Source: Okamejei kenojei (lineage: Eukaryota). Taken from it: a stretch of DNA of 64,000 nucleotides. The translations under genes were made by a program, and so were the position numbers. Positions 37,255 to 49,695 of the stretch are shown here, piece by piece. Each line of letters opens with the position of its first letter. The stretch's first letter is position 1. The stretch is from positions 28,024,001-28,088,000 of the forward strand of contig CM069140.1 of assembly GCA_035221665.1 (NCBI GenBank). The letters are read 5' to 3'. Under the pieces are notes generated by a model. That model was not told where the DNA came from, made no database searches, and saw only the letters and a program-made list of their open reading frames with translations.

Positions 37255-38418
37255 AACATAGAAAATAAATGCAGGAGTAGGCCATTCGGATCTTCGAGCC
37301 TGCACCGCCATTCAATATGATCATGGCTGATCATCCAACTCAGTATCCTGTACCTGTCTTCTTTCCATACTCCCTGATCCCTTTAGCCACAAGGGCCACA
37401 TCTAACTCCCTCCTAAATATAGCCAATGAAGTAGCCTCAACTACCTTCTGTGGCAGAGAATTCCAGAGATTCACCACTCTGTGTGAAAAATGTTTTCACT
37501 CGGTCCTAAAAGATTTCCCCCTTATCCTTAAACTGTGACCCCTTGTTCTGGACTTCCCCAACATCGGGAACAATCTTCCTGCATCTAGCCTGTCCAACCC
37601 CTTAAGAATTTTGTACGTTTCTATAAGATCCCCCCTCAATCTTCTAAATTCTAGCGAGTACAAGCCGAGTCGATCCAGTCTTTCTTCATATGAAAGTCCT
37701 GACATCCCAGGAATCAGTCTGGTGAACCTTCTCTGTGCTCCCTCTATTGCAAGAATGTCTCTCCTCAGATTTGGAGACCAAAACTGTACACAGTACTCCA
37801 GGTGTGGTCTCACCAAGACCCTGTACAACTGCAGTAGAACCTCCCTGTTCCTATACTCAAATCCTTTTGCTATGAATGCTAACATACCATTCGCTTTCTT
37901 CACTGCCTGCTGCACCTGCATGCCTACTTTCAATGATGGGTGTACCATGACACCCAGGTCTCGTTGCATCTCCCCTTTTCCTAATCGGCCACTATTCAGA
38001 TAATAGTCTACTTTCCTGTTTTTGCCACCAAAGTGGATAACCTCACATTTATTCACATTATACTGCATCTGCCATGCATTTGCCCACTCACCCAGCCTAT
38101 CCAAGTCACCTTGCAGCCTCCTAGCATCCCCCTCACAGCTAACACTGCCCCCAGCTCCGTGTCATCCGCAAACCTGGAGATGTTGCATTCAATTCCCTCG
38201 TCCAAATCATTAATATATATTGTAAATAGCTGGGGTCCCAGCACTGAGCCTTGCGGTACCCCACTAGTCACTGCCTGCCATTCTGAAAAGGACCCGTTTA
38301 CTCCTACTCTTAGCTTCCTGTCTGCCAGCCAGTTCCCTATCCACATCAATACTGAACCGCCAATACCGTGTGCTTTAAGTTTGTATACTAATCTCTTATG
38401 TGGGAGCTTGTCGAAAGC
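37255..38418 (-). mobile_element. Young CR1 LINE 3' portion nested in an older CR1 tail
   Basis: 202-aa and 129-aa RT ORFs ([30 protein letters not shown]). An opposite-strand CR1 tail continues on both sides (37030-37254 and 38419-38525). Confidence 0.93.
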
Positions 38419-38944
38419 GGGATATGGGCCAAATGCAGGCAAATGAGGCTAGCCCAGAATGTCAACTTGTTTCGCATGGACAAGTTGGGCCAAATGGCCT
38501 GTTTCCATGCTGTATAGTTCTATGACTATGCCCAAACTCTGCAATAGGGATAAATGGGCAGCAACCAAAAGTGCGAATCTTGTCTGTTTCCCATGACTTA
38601 TCTGACATATCAATTTCACACCTCTGATTACAAGCCCTATTCACATTGGAAAAGCCATGCATCCTGTATCAAAGTTACAATTTTAAAAGTATTGTCAAAG
38701 CTTTCATTTGTTGCATTTTTGTAAGAAATAAACAAAAATAACAATTCCAAGGATATTTTCAGCTTGTAACATTCTTACTTGAATGTTCATTTGCTAACAG
38801 GTATTGTGATGGAGGATCATATGGGAGGTGCTGCGATTGCATTTCCCCATCCCCTTTTTAGTACAGTCAATGGCTCTGAAGGACAAAATAGGACATTCTT
38901 TTTCTACAGTACTCTCTGCGCCTGCAGGAAAGTACATCACAGCC

Positions 38945-39250
38945 AGTAAGTTTAGTTTAGAGATAAAACGCGGAAACAGGCCCTTCGGCCCACCGAGTCC
39001 TCGCCAACCAGCCAATCCCCCTGCACTAGCAGCATCCTATACCCTGGGGACAATTTACAATTTTTTCAAAGCCAATTAACCTACAAATCTGTACGTCTTT
39101 GGAGTATGGGAGGAAACCAGAGCACCCGGAGAAAACCATTGCAGTCACAGGGAAAACTTCCAAACGCTCTGCAGACAGTACCCATAGTCAGGATTGAACC
39201 CAGGTCTCTGGCGCTACAAGGCAGCAACTCTACCACTATGCCACTGTCAC
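38945..39250 (-). mobile_element. HE1-type tRNA-derived SINE
   Basis: On -: A/B-box-like head (gtggtagagttgctgcc...gggttcaatcc) and CR1-like tail gggccgaagggcctgtttcc...ctaaactaaac. Confidence 0.85.
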
Positions 39251-40069
39251 CCATTATGTTCTATTCAAACATAATCCCCATAATCTGTGTGGTGCTCGGG
39301 CCTTAAAGAAAGTTATGCTGAGGAATCAAATGTGTAGGGAACTGAAGTTTCATTAAATAGTTTTAAAAGAAACTGTCAGAAAATGGCAAAGGTAGAGCAA
39401 CAGATGAGAATATTGTGGTAAAAAATCAACAAAGCTTGATAGAGCAGGGAAAAGGATTGATGTGGAGTATACACATAGATGGTTATGGGAGACTGTGAAG
39501 CAACCTGAATAAAAGGAAAGACCAATTGATGATGGTCTGGAAGCATTGGGCTTGGAATAATAAATAATGGGACTGTAGGACTTGTTGATGAGAATGGGTG
39601 CCATACTTCATACAAGTGTTATCTGTGGAGCTTTGGTCAGATAGGAGAGCTCAGTGAAGGCGAGCACTCAATCCTCTTTGTGTCACCTTGCCATCATTAG
39701 CTGACTCCATCACAGCCCAAACCACCACAGAGGCCAGAAGGATACGCTCTTTCAATAATATGCCCATTTATTGTCTTGCTTCTTGTCCCTATATTCCGTC
39801 CAAGCCAGTTCAAAATGAATATTCCTTTTCACCCATGGATGGTGTTCAATGTACTGAGTTCCTCCAAGAGACTGTTTGTTGCTCAAAATTAAAAGTGTTC
39901 TACTATCACAATGCAGTCCATCTAGCACAGAGCCTATATGTGGAAGGGGTTCCACAGAAAGTACCATGTGGAGAAAGTTTCTTACGAGGCATTAGATATG
40001 AAGTGCACTTTGGCTTTAGTTCACACAGGTGTCCTGAAATATTATTTACAAGTAAGATTTATAATGGTC

Positions 40070-40740
40070 TAGGACACCGACAGTCTTTTCAGGTTAGGCA
40101 GAGGTTCACTTGCACCTCCCCCAACCTCATCTACTGTTTCCATTGTACAAGATGTGGACTCTTATACAGTGGCGAGTCCAAACTTCAACTGGGCGATCGT
40201 TTCGCTGAACACCCTCGCGTAGTCCGCCTGGACCAACCCGATCTACCAGTTGCTAAACACCTTAATTTTCCTTCCCATTCCCACACAGACCTTTCCGTCC
40301 TAGTTCTCCTCCATTGTCAGAGTGAATCTAAATGCATATTGGAGGAACAATATCTCATATTTCGCATGGGCAGCTTACAGCCCAGTGGTATGAATATTAA
40401 TTTCTCTAACTTCAAGAAACCCCGGCATTCCCCCTCCCTCTGATCCCTCCCCCACCCAATGTGCACCAGCTTCTCGTTTTCACCCAATAAACAGCTAACA
40501 ATGGCCTGTTTCCTTTATCATCGTTACTTTTTTGCATATCTTTCATTCATTTGTTCTACATCTCTCTACATCGTCGCCTATATCTCTCTTTTCCCTTTCC
40601 CGTGGCTTTCAGTCTGAAGAAGGGTCTCAATCCTGAAACTTCACCAATTCCTTCTCTCCAGAAATTCTGCCTGTCCCGCTGAGTTACTCCAGCTTTTAGT
40701 GTCTATCTTCAGTTTAAACCAGCACCTGCAGTTCCTTCCT
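40070..40740 (+). mobile_element. Penelope-like element 3' end (GIY-YIG endonuclease plus pLTR)
   Basis: FQVRQRFTCTSPNLIYCFHCTRCGLLYSGES...RFAEH...LQPSGMN. Confidence 0.9.
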
Positions 40741-40829
40741 ATATTTATATATGAAAGGTTATATGGTTATTGTCAGATTTATAGCTGGTGGACTACGCTG
40801 TTGGTTAGCAGAAATACATAATTAGATAT

Positions 40830-40920
40830 GAAGGTAGACAAAAATGCTGGAGAAACTCAGCAGGTGAGGCAGCATATATGGAGCGAAGGAATAGGTGACG
40901 TTTCAGGTCGAGACCCTCCC
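40830..40920 (-). mobile_element. Penelope tail fragment (similar copies at ~35035-35110, 34440-34530, 62385-62460)
   Basis: gacaaaaatgctggagaaactcagc...ggtgacgtttcaggtcgagaccct. Confidence 0.7.
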
Positions 40921-41163
40921 CAATTAGAAGTGGAGCGCTTTGGCTTTGGTTATTAAAGATGAGAAGTAAAAGTAAGTATGCTCTAGTACTTTGCTATTTT
41001 TTTTCTTTCTTCCTTATAGAATAATAGTTTCAGCTGCGGTAAACATCAATCTCTCGTAACATTACATTGTATTGACATTCTCACATAACAATGCTGTGCT
41101 ATTTTAAATATACAAGCCCTATTGCTGTGACTGGAAATGGGTCTCCTCAGCTTCAGTACGTAC

Positions 41164-41373
41164 AGTGGTTTGCGCATCGAGATGCTGTAAGCACGCTTCC
41201 AAAATTTGGTTTTCTGGCGGTTCCGCACACCATCCTCGAGGTCCATCATCTGCTCCAAAAGGGTCTGGTCATCAGCATTGAGAGGTGCCACTGAGATATC
41301 ACGCACGGCACGGAATTCGCCACAGTTGTTCAGATGCTCATTCTCCAGTCGGAAGAAGTTCCACACAAACCGG
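41164..41373 (-). CDS. XPR1: XPR1 penultimate exon
   Basis: Acceptor gttttgctgtag. Encodes [54 protein letters not shown]...SISMRKP. Donor CT|gtacgt, phase 2, 210 nt. The donor position is inferred from frame compatibility with the last exon. Confidence 0.92.
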
Positions 41374-41489
41374 CTACAGCAAAACACAACTCAGTATTAA
41401 CAAGATGCATTGCAATTAGACCAAAGCAATTGTCTTTTTTGTAAACCTGGAATTAAAAATAAAGCCACAGTAACCATGGAAGTGCCCAC

Positions 41490-41800
41490 AATGCTGCATT
41501 CAATGGTATCGTTGCCTCACAATTCTTGAGACTTGGTTTCAATCCTGACCTCCAGTGAGCTGCTCTGTGTGGTGTTTGCAAGTTCTCCCATGAATCTGTG
41601 TCGGTTTCCCCTCAGGTGTTCCAGTTTATTCCCATGTCCCAAAGACATGCATGTTGATAGATTAACTGGCTGCTGCAAATTGCCTCGAATGTGTGTAGGC
41701 GAGTGGTGGAATCTGGGGTTGCTTATAGGAATGTGCTCAAAATTTTAACAATGTGATTAATGTAGGGTTTGTGCAAAATGGGAGATTGATGGTCAGTACA
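41490..41800 (+). mobile_element. Older SINE copy
   Basis: ggtttcaatcctgacc...ctgtgtggtgtttgcaagttctccc...ccaaagacatgc. Confidence 0.65.
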
Positions 41801-42751
41801 ACTGTAAATGGAGTTCACCCCCAGATCGTATCTTGGTGCCTGACCTTGCAATGTGCTGGCATTTCTGTGAGGTTTGAACAAGTAATTATTTTGGCCCCTT
41901 ATTTATCTCCACTGTTTACTGTTCCACCTACAACAGACTACTACCGCCTTGCACACTGAGCGGTCCATATTCCCAATTCACTTCCCTTTCGTAGCGAGCA
42001 TGCAAGTGCAGACTTGCCTTGCTGGTTTTCCATCATTCTCACAGCTGACAAACATATTGACACATGCATTCTCATAACCAGATAGCCACCAGATAACCAG
42101 TCTCCATCACCAGATATATCTCACATTACTTCTTTATTGTTCTCGCTGATTCACCCTAAATGTCGGCACCAAATCCTTCCACTTGTCCTTTGTGCCTGGA
42201 AAATGTTACATCAAAACCCCTCCTGTAATTGTTAATTCCCACCTCTCTACTTTGTTACACTGCAAGATTTCCAACCCATGTCACATTCTAATGTTTTTCC
42301 TCCTGTATACATACATAGCCTGAATCGCACATTAATGCAGGTCTGATGAGTCCTAGCCACCTTAGTCTGATGGTATCAGGTCTTTCACTCCCCCAGAGCT
42401 TCCAAATATTCTCACTTTTATAGATTTATTCAGTAGGGTAACAATAGTTTCAAACTACCCACAACTATAATTTGCATCATTTACATGTTCTCTTCTCTAT
42501 TCTAACTTCTGACATTCATCTACAATATATTGTGGCTGTGTGGGTTTTCAAATTTCTGTCCCAAAAGCACATCTGCTGAAGAGTTAAAAGATTATTTCCA
42601 TTCCACACAAAATAGTCAGCAATGAAGATCTTTCTAGCCTGGACGTGCTTTGGCAGATGAGGTATCACTAGGTTCCAATGTAACTGTTCCTGGCTCTTGC
42701 AACTCTCACTCTATGACATTTTATTCATTAAAGTAAGACTATAAATGTTAC

Positions 42752-42891
42752 CGGAAAACTTCCAATGGGGCCAGCACTGTGGCGATTATGTCTCCCGCTG
42801 AAGCCAAGGCGGTCATTGAGGTGACTGAAATCTGCAATGTCCACGCAAATCGCAGAATGACATCCTCTACAATGGCACAGTAGTAATAAAT
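42752..42891 (-). CDS. XPR1: XPR1 exon, 3rd from last
   Basis: Acceptor ttttatttgcag, donor CG|gtaac, 140 nt. Encodes [47 protein letters not shown]. Confidence 0.96.
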
Positions 42892-43054
42892 CTGCAAATA
42901 AAAGCAAAATATCAATGTTTCAGTATACTTAGAGGACACAAGTCCACAACTGCTTATCCAAATAAACAAGTTTCCCTTATTTTTCTCCCATGCTCTTAGG
43001 TTAACTGATAGCAGGAATCTTTGAAAACACTTTTTAAATAACTGATGACCATTT

Positions 43055-44400
43055 GACAATGGACAATAGGTGCAGGAGTAGGCCATTCAGCCCTACGGGC
43101 CAGCACCGCCATTCAATATGATCATGGCTGATCATCCACAATCAGTAGTACCCTGTCCTTCTCTCCATGTCCCCTGACTCCGTAATCTTTAAGAGCCCTA
43201 TCTAGCTCTCTCTTGAGAGCTTTTATCTCTCTTGAAAGCATCCAGAGAATTGGCCTCCACTGCCTTCTGAGGCGGAGAATTCCACAGATTCACAACCCTC
43301 TGTGTGAAAAAGTTTTTCCTCATCTCCGTTCTAAATGGCTTACCCCTTATTCTTAAACTGTGGCCCCTGGTTCTGGACTCCCCCAACATCGGGAACATGT
43401 ACCCTGCCGCCAGTGTGCCCAAACCCTTAATAATCATATATCTCAAATAAGATCCCCTCTCATCCTTCTAAATTTCAGAGTATACAAGCCCAGCCGCTCT
43501 ATTCTATCAACATATGACAGTCCCGCCATCCCAGAAGTTAACCTCGTGAACCTATGCTGCACTCCCTCAATAGCAAGAATCTCCTACCTCAAATTTGGAA
43601 ACCAAAACTGCACACAATACTCCAGGTGTGGTCTCACTAGGGCCCTGTACAACTGCAGAAGGACCTCTTTGCTCCTATACTCAACTCCTCTTGTTGTGAT
43701 GGTCATCATGCCATTCGCTTTCTTCACTGCCTGCTGTACCTGCATGCTTACTTTCAGTGACTGATGTACAAGGACCCCCAGATCTTCTTGTACTTCCCCT
43801 TTTCCCAACCACACCATTCAGATAATATTCTGCCTTCCTGTTTTTGCCACCAAAGTGTATAATCTCACATTTATCCACATTAAACTGCATCTGCCATGCA
43901 TCTGCCCACTCACTCACCTGTCCTAGTCACCCTACATCCTCAAAGCATCCTCTTCACAGTTCACACTGCCACCCAGCTTTGTGTCATCTGCAAATTTGCT
44001 AGTTACTTTTAATCCCTTCATCTAAATCATTAATGTATTTTGTAAATAGCTGCGGTCCCAGCACCGAGCCTTCTGGTACCTCACTAGTCGCTGCCTGCCA
44101 TTCTGAAAGGGACCCGTTTATCCCTACTCTTTGTTTCCCGTCTGCCAGCCAATTTTCTATTCATGTCAGCACTCTACCCTACCCCCAATACCATGTGCTC
44201 TAATTTTGCCCACTAATCTCCTGAGTGGGACCTTATCAAATGCTTTTTGAAAGTCCAGGTACACTACATCCACTGGCTCTCCCTTGTCCATTTTCCTAGT
44301 TACATACTCAAAAAATTCCAGAAGATTAGTTAAGCATGATTTCCCCTTCGTAAATCGATGCCGACTCGGACAGATCCTGTTACTGCTATCCAAATGTGCC
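43055..44400 (-). mobile_element. CR1 LINE RT/3' portion
   Basis: KSCLTNLLEFFE...DVVYLDFQKAFDKVP and LYRALVRPHLEYCVQFW; tail gacaatggacaatagg. Confidence 0.93.
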
Positions 44401-44424
44401 GCTACCATTTAAATGTGCTGCTAC

Positions 44425-44730
44425 CATTTAGAGTTTCGAGAGATACAGCGCGGAAACAGGCCATTTGGCCCACTGACTCCGTGCCGATCAGCGATCTCCA
44501 TACACTAGCAATATCATACACACCAGGGACAATTTACTTTTTTTTTTCAAACAAAGCCAATTAACCAATAAACCTGTATGTCTTTGGAGTGTGGGAGGAA
44601 ATCGGAGAAAACCCTCTTGGTCACGGGGAGAATGTTCAAACTCCGTACAGACAGCACCCGCCGTCAGGATCGAACCTGGGTCTCTGGCGCTGTAAGGCAG
44701 CAACTCTACCGATGCGTCACAGTGCCACCC
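44425..44730 (-). mobile_element. HE1-type SINE
   Basis: Same family as 38945-39250. Confidence 0.85.
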
Positions 44731-45045
44731 AATTATGTTAAAAGTGGAGCTATCCAAAAGCTTGTGGGCACCATCATGATATGGATGTTGATCAGTAAAG
44801 GTATTGGACTGTGGGACATGGTCTCTGAATGTCACCAGTTTTAAATTAACACCAATTTAAATCACTAAATGTAAGCATGATCAGTATTTGCCAGAAAGCA
44901 AATAATTTCTGCTGTTATTTCCCCCCCCACCCGATTTTTCTTCCTTCTCCATGAAGATATCGTCTCTGTCACAGTGCAATTGTACAGGGCAAAGCTTTGG
45001 TATATCATATCCTTCACAACCCAAGTAAAGGAAGCAAATGCATAC

Positions 45046-45212
45046 CTTCTGAGGATAGACAATCTCCTCGCGCAAGAAGGTGTTCTCTCCAGCATTTTTG
45101 TCAAAGAGTCCCCAGTCCATCTTCAGGTCCCAGGTGAGAGTATAACATGAGCTGATCAATAAGAAGATGATCCACAGGTAGAAAAACACCACTGCATCGT
45201 CGTGCTCCTGTT
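45046..45212 (-). CDS. XPR1: XPR1 (SLC53A1 phosphate exporter) EXS-domain exon, 4th from last
   Basis: Acceptor tgtctttcag, donor AAG|gtatgc, 167 nt. Encodes [48 protein letters not shown]. Confidence 0.96.
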
Positions 45213-45517
45213 CTGAAAGACAGACGCAAGTAACAGCATTACTTTCTGCCAGGCGATGAAGCAGATTTAGAATTTCCATTCACTTGTATAAACCTTAGCA
45301 AAAAACAATCTCTGGTTGTGAATGTTGCTGCAATTCTGTTCTCATGATAATTTCTAACAGAGGGGAATGAAGCTGCAAAATGACGTCAGTGATTTGCTAC
45401 ACTCAGAATCATACAATCATACAGGTACCCATCCAAATGCATTTTAAACAATGTAATTGTATTTATCACTACCAGTTTTTCCAGATCACTATCTCTCTTT
45501 GTGTGAAATATTTAATG

Positions 45518-46100
45518 GTAGCCATGGGAGTCAGTGGGTTTGTAGTAGATATCGGTCAGTAGTCGGTTACCTGCAATGTAGTTGTCAATGTAGCGGAGGT
45601 AGAGTTCGGGGATAGGGCCACGGTACGCCTCAAACTCCTCTCATTTCCTCCAAATCCAAGGCGTAGCTATGGGCACACTCATGGGCCCCAGCTATGCCTG
45701 TCTCTTTGTAGGATACGTTGAACAATCCTTGTTTGAGGAGTACCGTGGCCCGATCCCCGAACTCCACCTCTGCTACGTTGACGATTGCATTGGTGCTACC
45801 TCCAGCATCCATGCAGAACTCATTGACTTAATCCATTTCACCACTAACTTCCATCCGGCATTCAACTGGACCATTTCCGATATCTCCCTACCGTTTCTTG
45901 ACCTCACTATCTCCCTCGCAGGTAACCGACTACTGACCGATATCTACTACAAACCCACTGACTCCCATGGCTATCCCGCCCCAACCCCCCCACCCCCACA
46001 TCAGTCTGAAGAAGGGTCTTGACCCGAAACATCACCTATTCCTTTGCTCCATAGATGCTGCCTCACCCGCTGAGTTTCTCCAGCATTTTTGTCTACCTTT
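45518..46100 (+). mobile_element. Rearranged Penelope RT fragment with inverted 5' segments and pLTR tail
   Basis: GVAMGTLMGPSYACLFVG...YVDD...LPFLDL...YYKPTDSH; 45518-45626 is inverted relative to internal segments. Confidence 0.88.
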
Positions 46101-46480
46101 GTGTGAAACGTGTGCCCTCCACATCTCCTTTAAATTTCTGTCCTTTCACCTTAAATCTATGCCCTCTCATTTTAGGTTCCCATGCTCTGGGGTAAAAGAC
46201 AATGACTTTCCTATCTTTACCCCTCATAATTGTATAAACTTCTACAAGTCTCAGCTTCGTATGTTACTGTGAGAATGAGTCTAGCTTATCTAATCTCTCT
46301 TTCTATCTCCAGCCCCCCATTCCAGGCAGCATCCCGGTGAATTTCTGCTGCATTCTCTCCACAGATCCTTCATTCTTCCAGTAGTAGTGACCAGAATTGT
46401 ACATAGTACTCTAAATCCCAATGCTTTGAACAGCTGCAGTCTAACTTCTGATTTTATTATCCGAATGTCATAACTGATAA
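46100..46480 (-). mobile_element. Old CR1 3' fragment
   Basis: Decayed LQLFKAL..RVL...PGC motif. Confidence 0.6.
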
Positions 46481-48494
46481 ACATTAATTGCAATCTTTTG
46501 ACTTATGTTAGCCAATATGTTGTGGGATAAATGGACAATACTGTAACTTCACTGCGCAGAACAGCGGATTCCCTTTTCTAAATGAAGCAATATAGTTGTC
46601 CCTTATAACATCAAAGCTTTCCCAATAAAGACAATAAATATCTTGTCATATAAGCCACTTCTTTTGCACGCAGATTGTTTTGCCTAAAAGCACACAAAAC
46701 ATATTTTCTTCATTACACAATGGTGCCTAAAGCTCAGACAGTATAAACAACTGCACTAAGCTACGCATTCAGAAATTTAAATTCCAAGTCTCTGCTGCGT
46801 TTGTGAATCTTATCTTGGAGATTATTTCGATTAGAATATTATAATAGGCCTCAATGTTCCTGGCCCAAGGAAGAAGTAGTTAAATCAACTCTGTTATGAC
46901 AGATAATCAATTTGCCACAAACAAGTGCACTCATTGAAATCAGCTGAAGACAATATTATGCTATCATGCTCTCAATTGCTTAAGTCACTGCTCAAGTTGA
47001 AAGGTGAATAACAGCAACTTGCACAAGGTACTGGCAATGGAATAGTAGCTCAACATTGTGGCTGGTCCAGTTACAAACAGTATTCAATTTTATGATGATG
47101 TTTTAATGTAATCAATGCAAGGAATACTTTTAGAGAAATTATCATTTGGGAAGATATTGAGATTGGTAAAAATGTGGCACTCCTTACCACACAGTAGATA
47201 AAGCAAATAGCACAAATGCATTTTAGCAGAACTAAATATTGGAGAAGGATAGAGAAGAACATGCAAAGAGATTGCTACCAAACAAATATAACATGACTTT
47301 TGTGGAGGACAATTTCAGAGAGCTCCTCCCTGTAAAAGATTTCAGCCCTTAAGAACTGATAAGGAATAAAACAATTTCTGAGTTGGAAGCACACAGTTAA
47401 AAAGTTGTTCACTTAGGTTCTGGCTTTGAGATTGAGATCAATTAGAGGGCTCAAATTTTACTGTAAAACTAATGAAGTCTTACATTATCAAAACACCCAA
47501 TAATGAACCTTTAAACTAAGATTGCATTTGTGTATTGAAATGGTTCAGCAAGATGTTGGGAGATTAAAGAGAATCCCCACAGCGTCTTGATTAACGTTTG
47601 CTCTTTTTAGAACAAAAACATTCCCAGGATGTGGACATTATTGCGGTTGGAGAAGAATTGGCAGTGAACAACATTTTGAAAGCTGCACATTTACCTTTGG
47701 AGTGTCTGATGCACTGATGAGAGGGTGTAGAAAACCAGAGGCCAGTTATTATAATATCAGTAATGGAAATATTGCCAGGATTCATTTTTACAATACAGAA
47801 CAATACATGCATAAATTCATATGGTTGTATTGTCCATGCAAATTTCTGTGGGGAAATGTTGGAGCGGCAGAATTGAGGGCAGGAAATAACAGAAATGAAT
47901 AGGTAACATTCAGGATGGCATGCTATATCTATTCGGGAATTATGCAGACTCTTGTAGGTACATTCTAATGATGGGTCAGGATATACCCAGAGATTATGAG
48001 TTTGAACCATAAAGTTTGAAATATTGTCAGAAAAGTTGCGATTCAGTGAGTTTTGTTATGTCCGGTTGTTGCTAACCCTTAGATCCTTGCTAGGAGGAAT
48101 TGGCAGGATTAACTGGGAGCAACATTCTGATGTTCTAAATCAACAAATATGTGGGTATTGGTGATCTGACCAGCTTGTATGCTATTTTAACAAAGCAACT
48201 TTGATACATTTTTATAACTTGTCAGATATAGGCGGGACTGGATAAGATCAGCAGATGTTGTTCCAAGAAGATCGAGAGTGAAACAGATGAAAAATCATCA
48301 CTGTCATAGTGAGATTTTAGCTCATTTTAAGTTATCAAATGGTACATACATGTTATTTAAGAACCTCCCATAAATATACAGTAATTGTCCCACAACAACA
48401 TGTTTAACACTGAAAATATCCAGAGAGCTAGTTATGGTCTGGCACAATTGCAAATCCCACTTCAGCATCTGGGAATATTTGTAATGCATTCCAA

Positions 48495-49225
48495 GGCGGC
48501 ACAGTGGAAGAGTTGCTGCCTAAAGGGCCTGTCCCGCCTGTCCCGCTCAAGCGACCTACCGTGGTCGCTTGAGCCGTACTGCCTCGCGTGGCCGGTCCCA
48601 CTCCGAAAAACTGAGTGTTCAAAATCCCGCGCGGCAATGGCCGACAGGCCCGCAGCTGCATCAAGGACATGCGCAACGTCTCGATGTCTAACGCATCGTC
48701 ATGACAGCGTATGAAACGTCTGGACGCCGTACACAGCGCATGGTGTTGTGTGATGACATCCGTGCCGTTGCGTGATGGCACCGACGCCAGACGCCTGTGC
48801 GACGTCCAAATTCACTTGGCCCGCCTCCTGCCCAGCTGATTGGTGAGTTCGATGTCGGGACCAACCCCACACAACTCCATACGCCTCCGCGGTTCGAAGT
48901 GGAACCGGCCCCGCGAGGCCGTACGGCTCATGCCACCACGTTTGGTCGCGCTCACCGCATGCAGGTAGGACAGGCCCTTTACGGTGCCAGAGACCCGGGT
49001 TCGACGTCGACTATGGGTGCTGTCTGTACAAATTTGTACTGTCTTCCTGTGACTGTGTGGTTTTCTCTGGGTGCTTTGGTTTCCTCCTACACTCCAAACA
49101 TGTGCAGGTCTGTAGGTTAATTGGTTTCTGTAAACTTTCCCTAGTGTGCAGGATAGAGCTAGTGTATTGGTGATCTCTAGATTCCGTGGGCCGAAAGGCC
49201 CGTTTCCATGCTGTATCCCCAAAAC
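48495..49225 (+). mobile_element. HE1-type SINE split by a MITE insertion
   Basis: ggcggcacagtggaagagttgctgcc|MITE|ttacggtgccagagacccgggttcga... Confidence 0.85.
48524..48978. mobile_element. PIF/Harbinger-type MITE
   Basis: TAA|agggcctgtcc ... ggacaggccct|TTA; CpG-rich; no coding capacity. Confidence 0.85.
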
Positions 49226-49379
49226 AAAATAAGTCTGAGACACAAGGTTAATGACAATAATGATGATAGCCATGAAACTATCAAATTATTATGAAACAGC
49301 CCATTCAGTTCACTTACTCTTTCAGGGAAAGAAATCCGAGGGAAAAGTAGCTGCTATTCTTCCCAACCTGTATAACTGT

Positions 49380-49695
49380 GTCACAGTGGGGCAGCGGTAG
49401 AGGTACTGCCCGACAGCAAATGCAGTGCCGGAGACCCGGGTTCGATCCGGAACACGTGAGCTGTCGGGACGGAGTTTGTACGTTCTCCCCGTGACTTGCA
49501 TGGGTTTTCGCCGAGATTTTCGGTTTTCTCCCACACTCCAAAGACTTACAGGTTTGTATGTTAATTGGCTTGGTAAATGTAAAATAAAATGTCCCTAGTG
49601 TGTATAGGATAGTGTTAATATGTGGGGATCGCTGATTGCCAGGGATCCGGTGGGCTGAAGGGCCTGTTTCCATGCCGTATCTCTAAAAAAAAACT
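49380..49695 (+). mobile_element. HE1-type SINE
   Basis: gcagcggtagag...gagacccgggttcgatcc head; gggctgaagggcctgtttcc tail with A-rich end. Confidence 0.85.

Noticed and set aside
39688-40443. 251-aa ORF as a host gene
   Set aside because: The C-terminal half is Penelope GIY-YIG with the YIG motif altered to YSG. The N-terminal half is chance read-through from a TTG start, antisense in the XPR1 intron.
41046-41163. Read-through of the XPR1 penultimate exon ([12 protein letters not shown]...)
   Set aside because: A good phase-2 donor at 41163 joins the conserved last exon. Intron retention is possible but unsupported.
48495-49460. tRNA-like A/B boxes
   Set aside because: They are SINE heads and do not form full cloverleaf tRNA genes.
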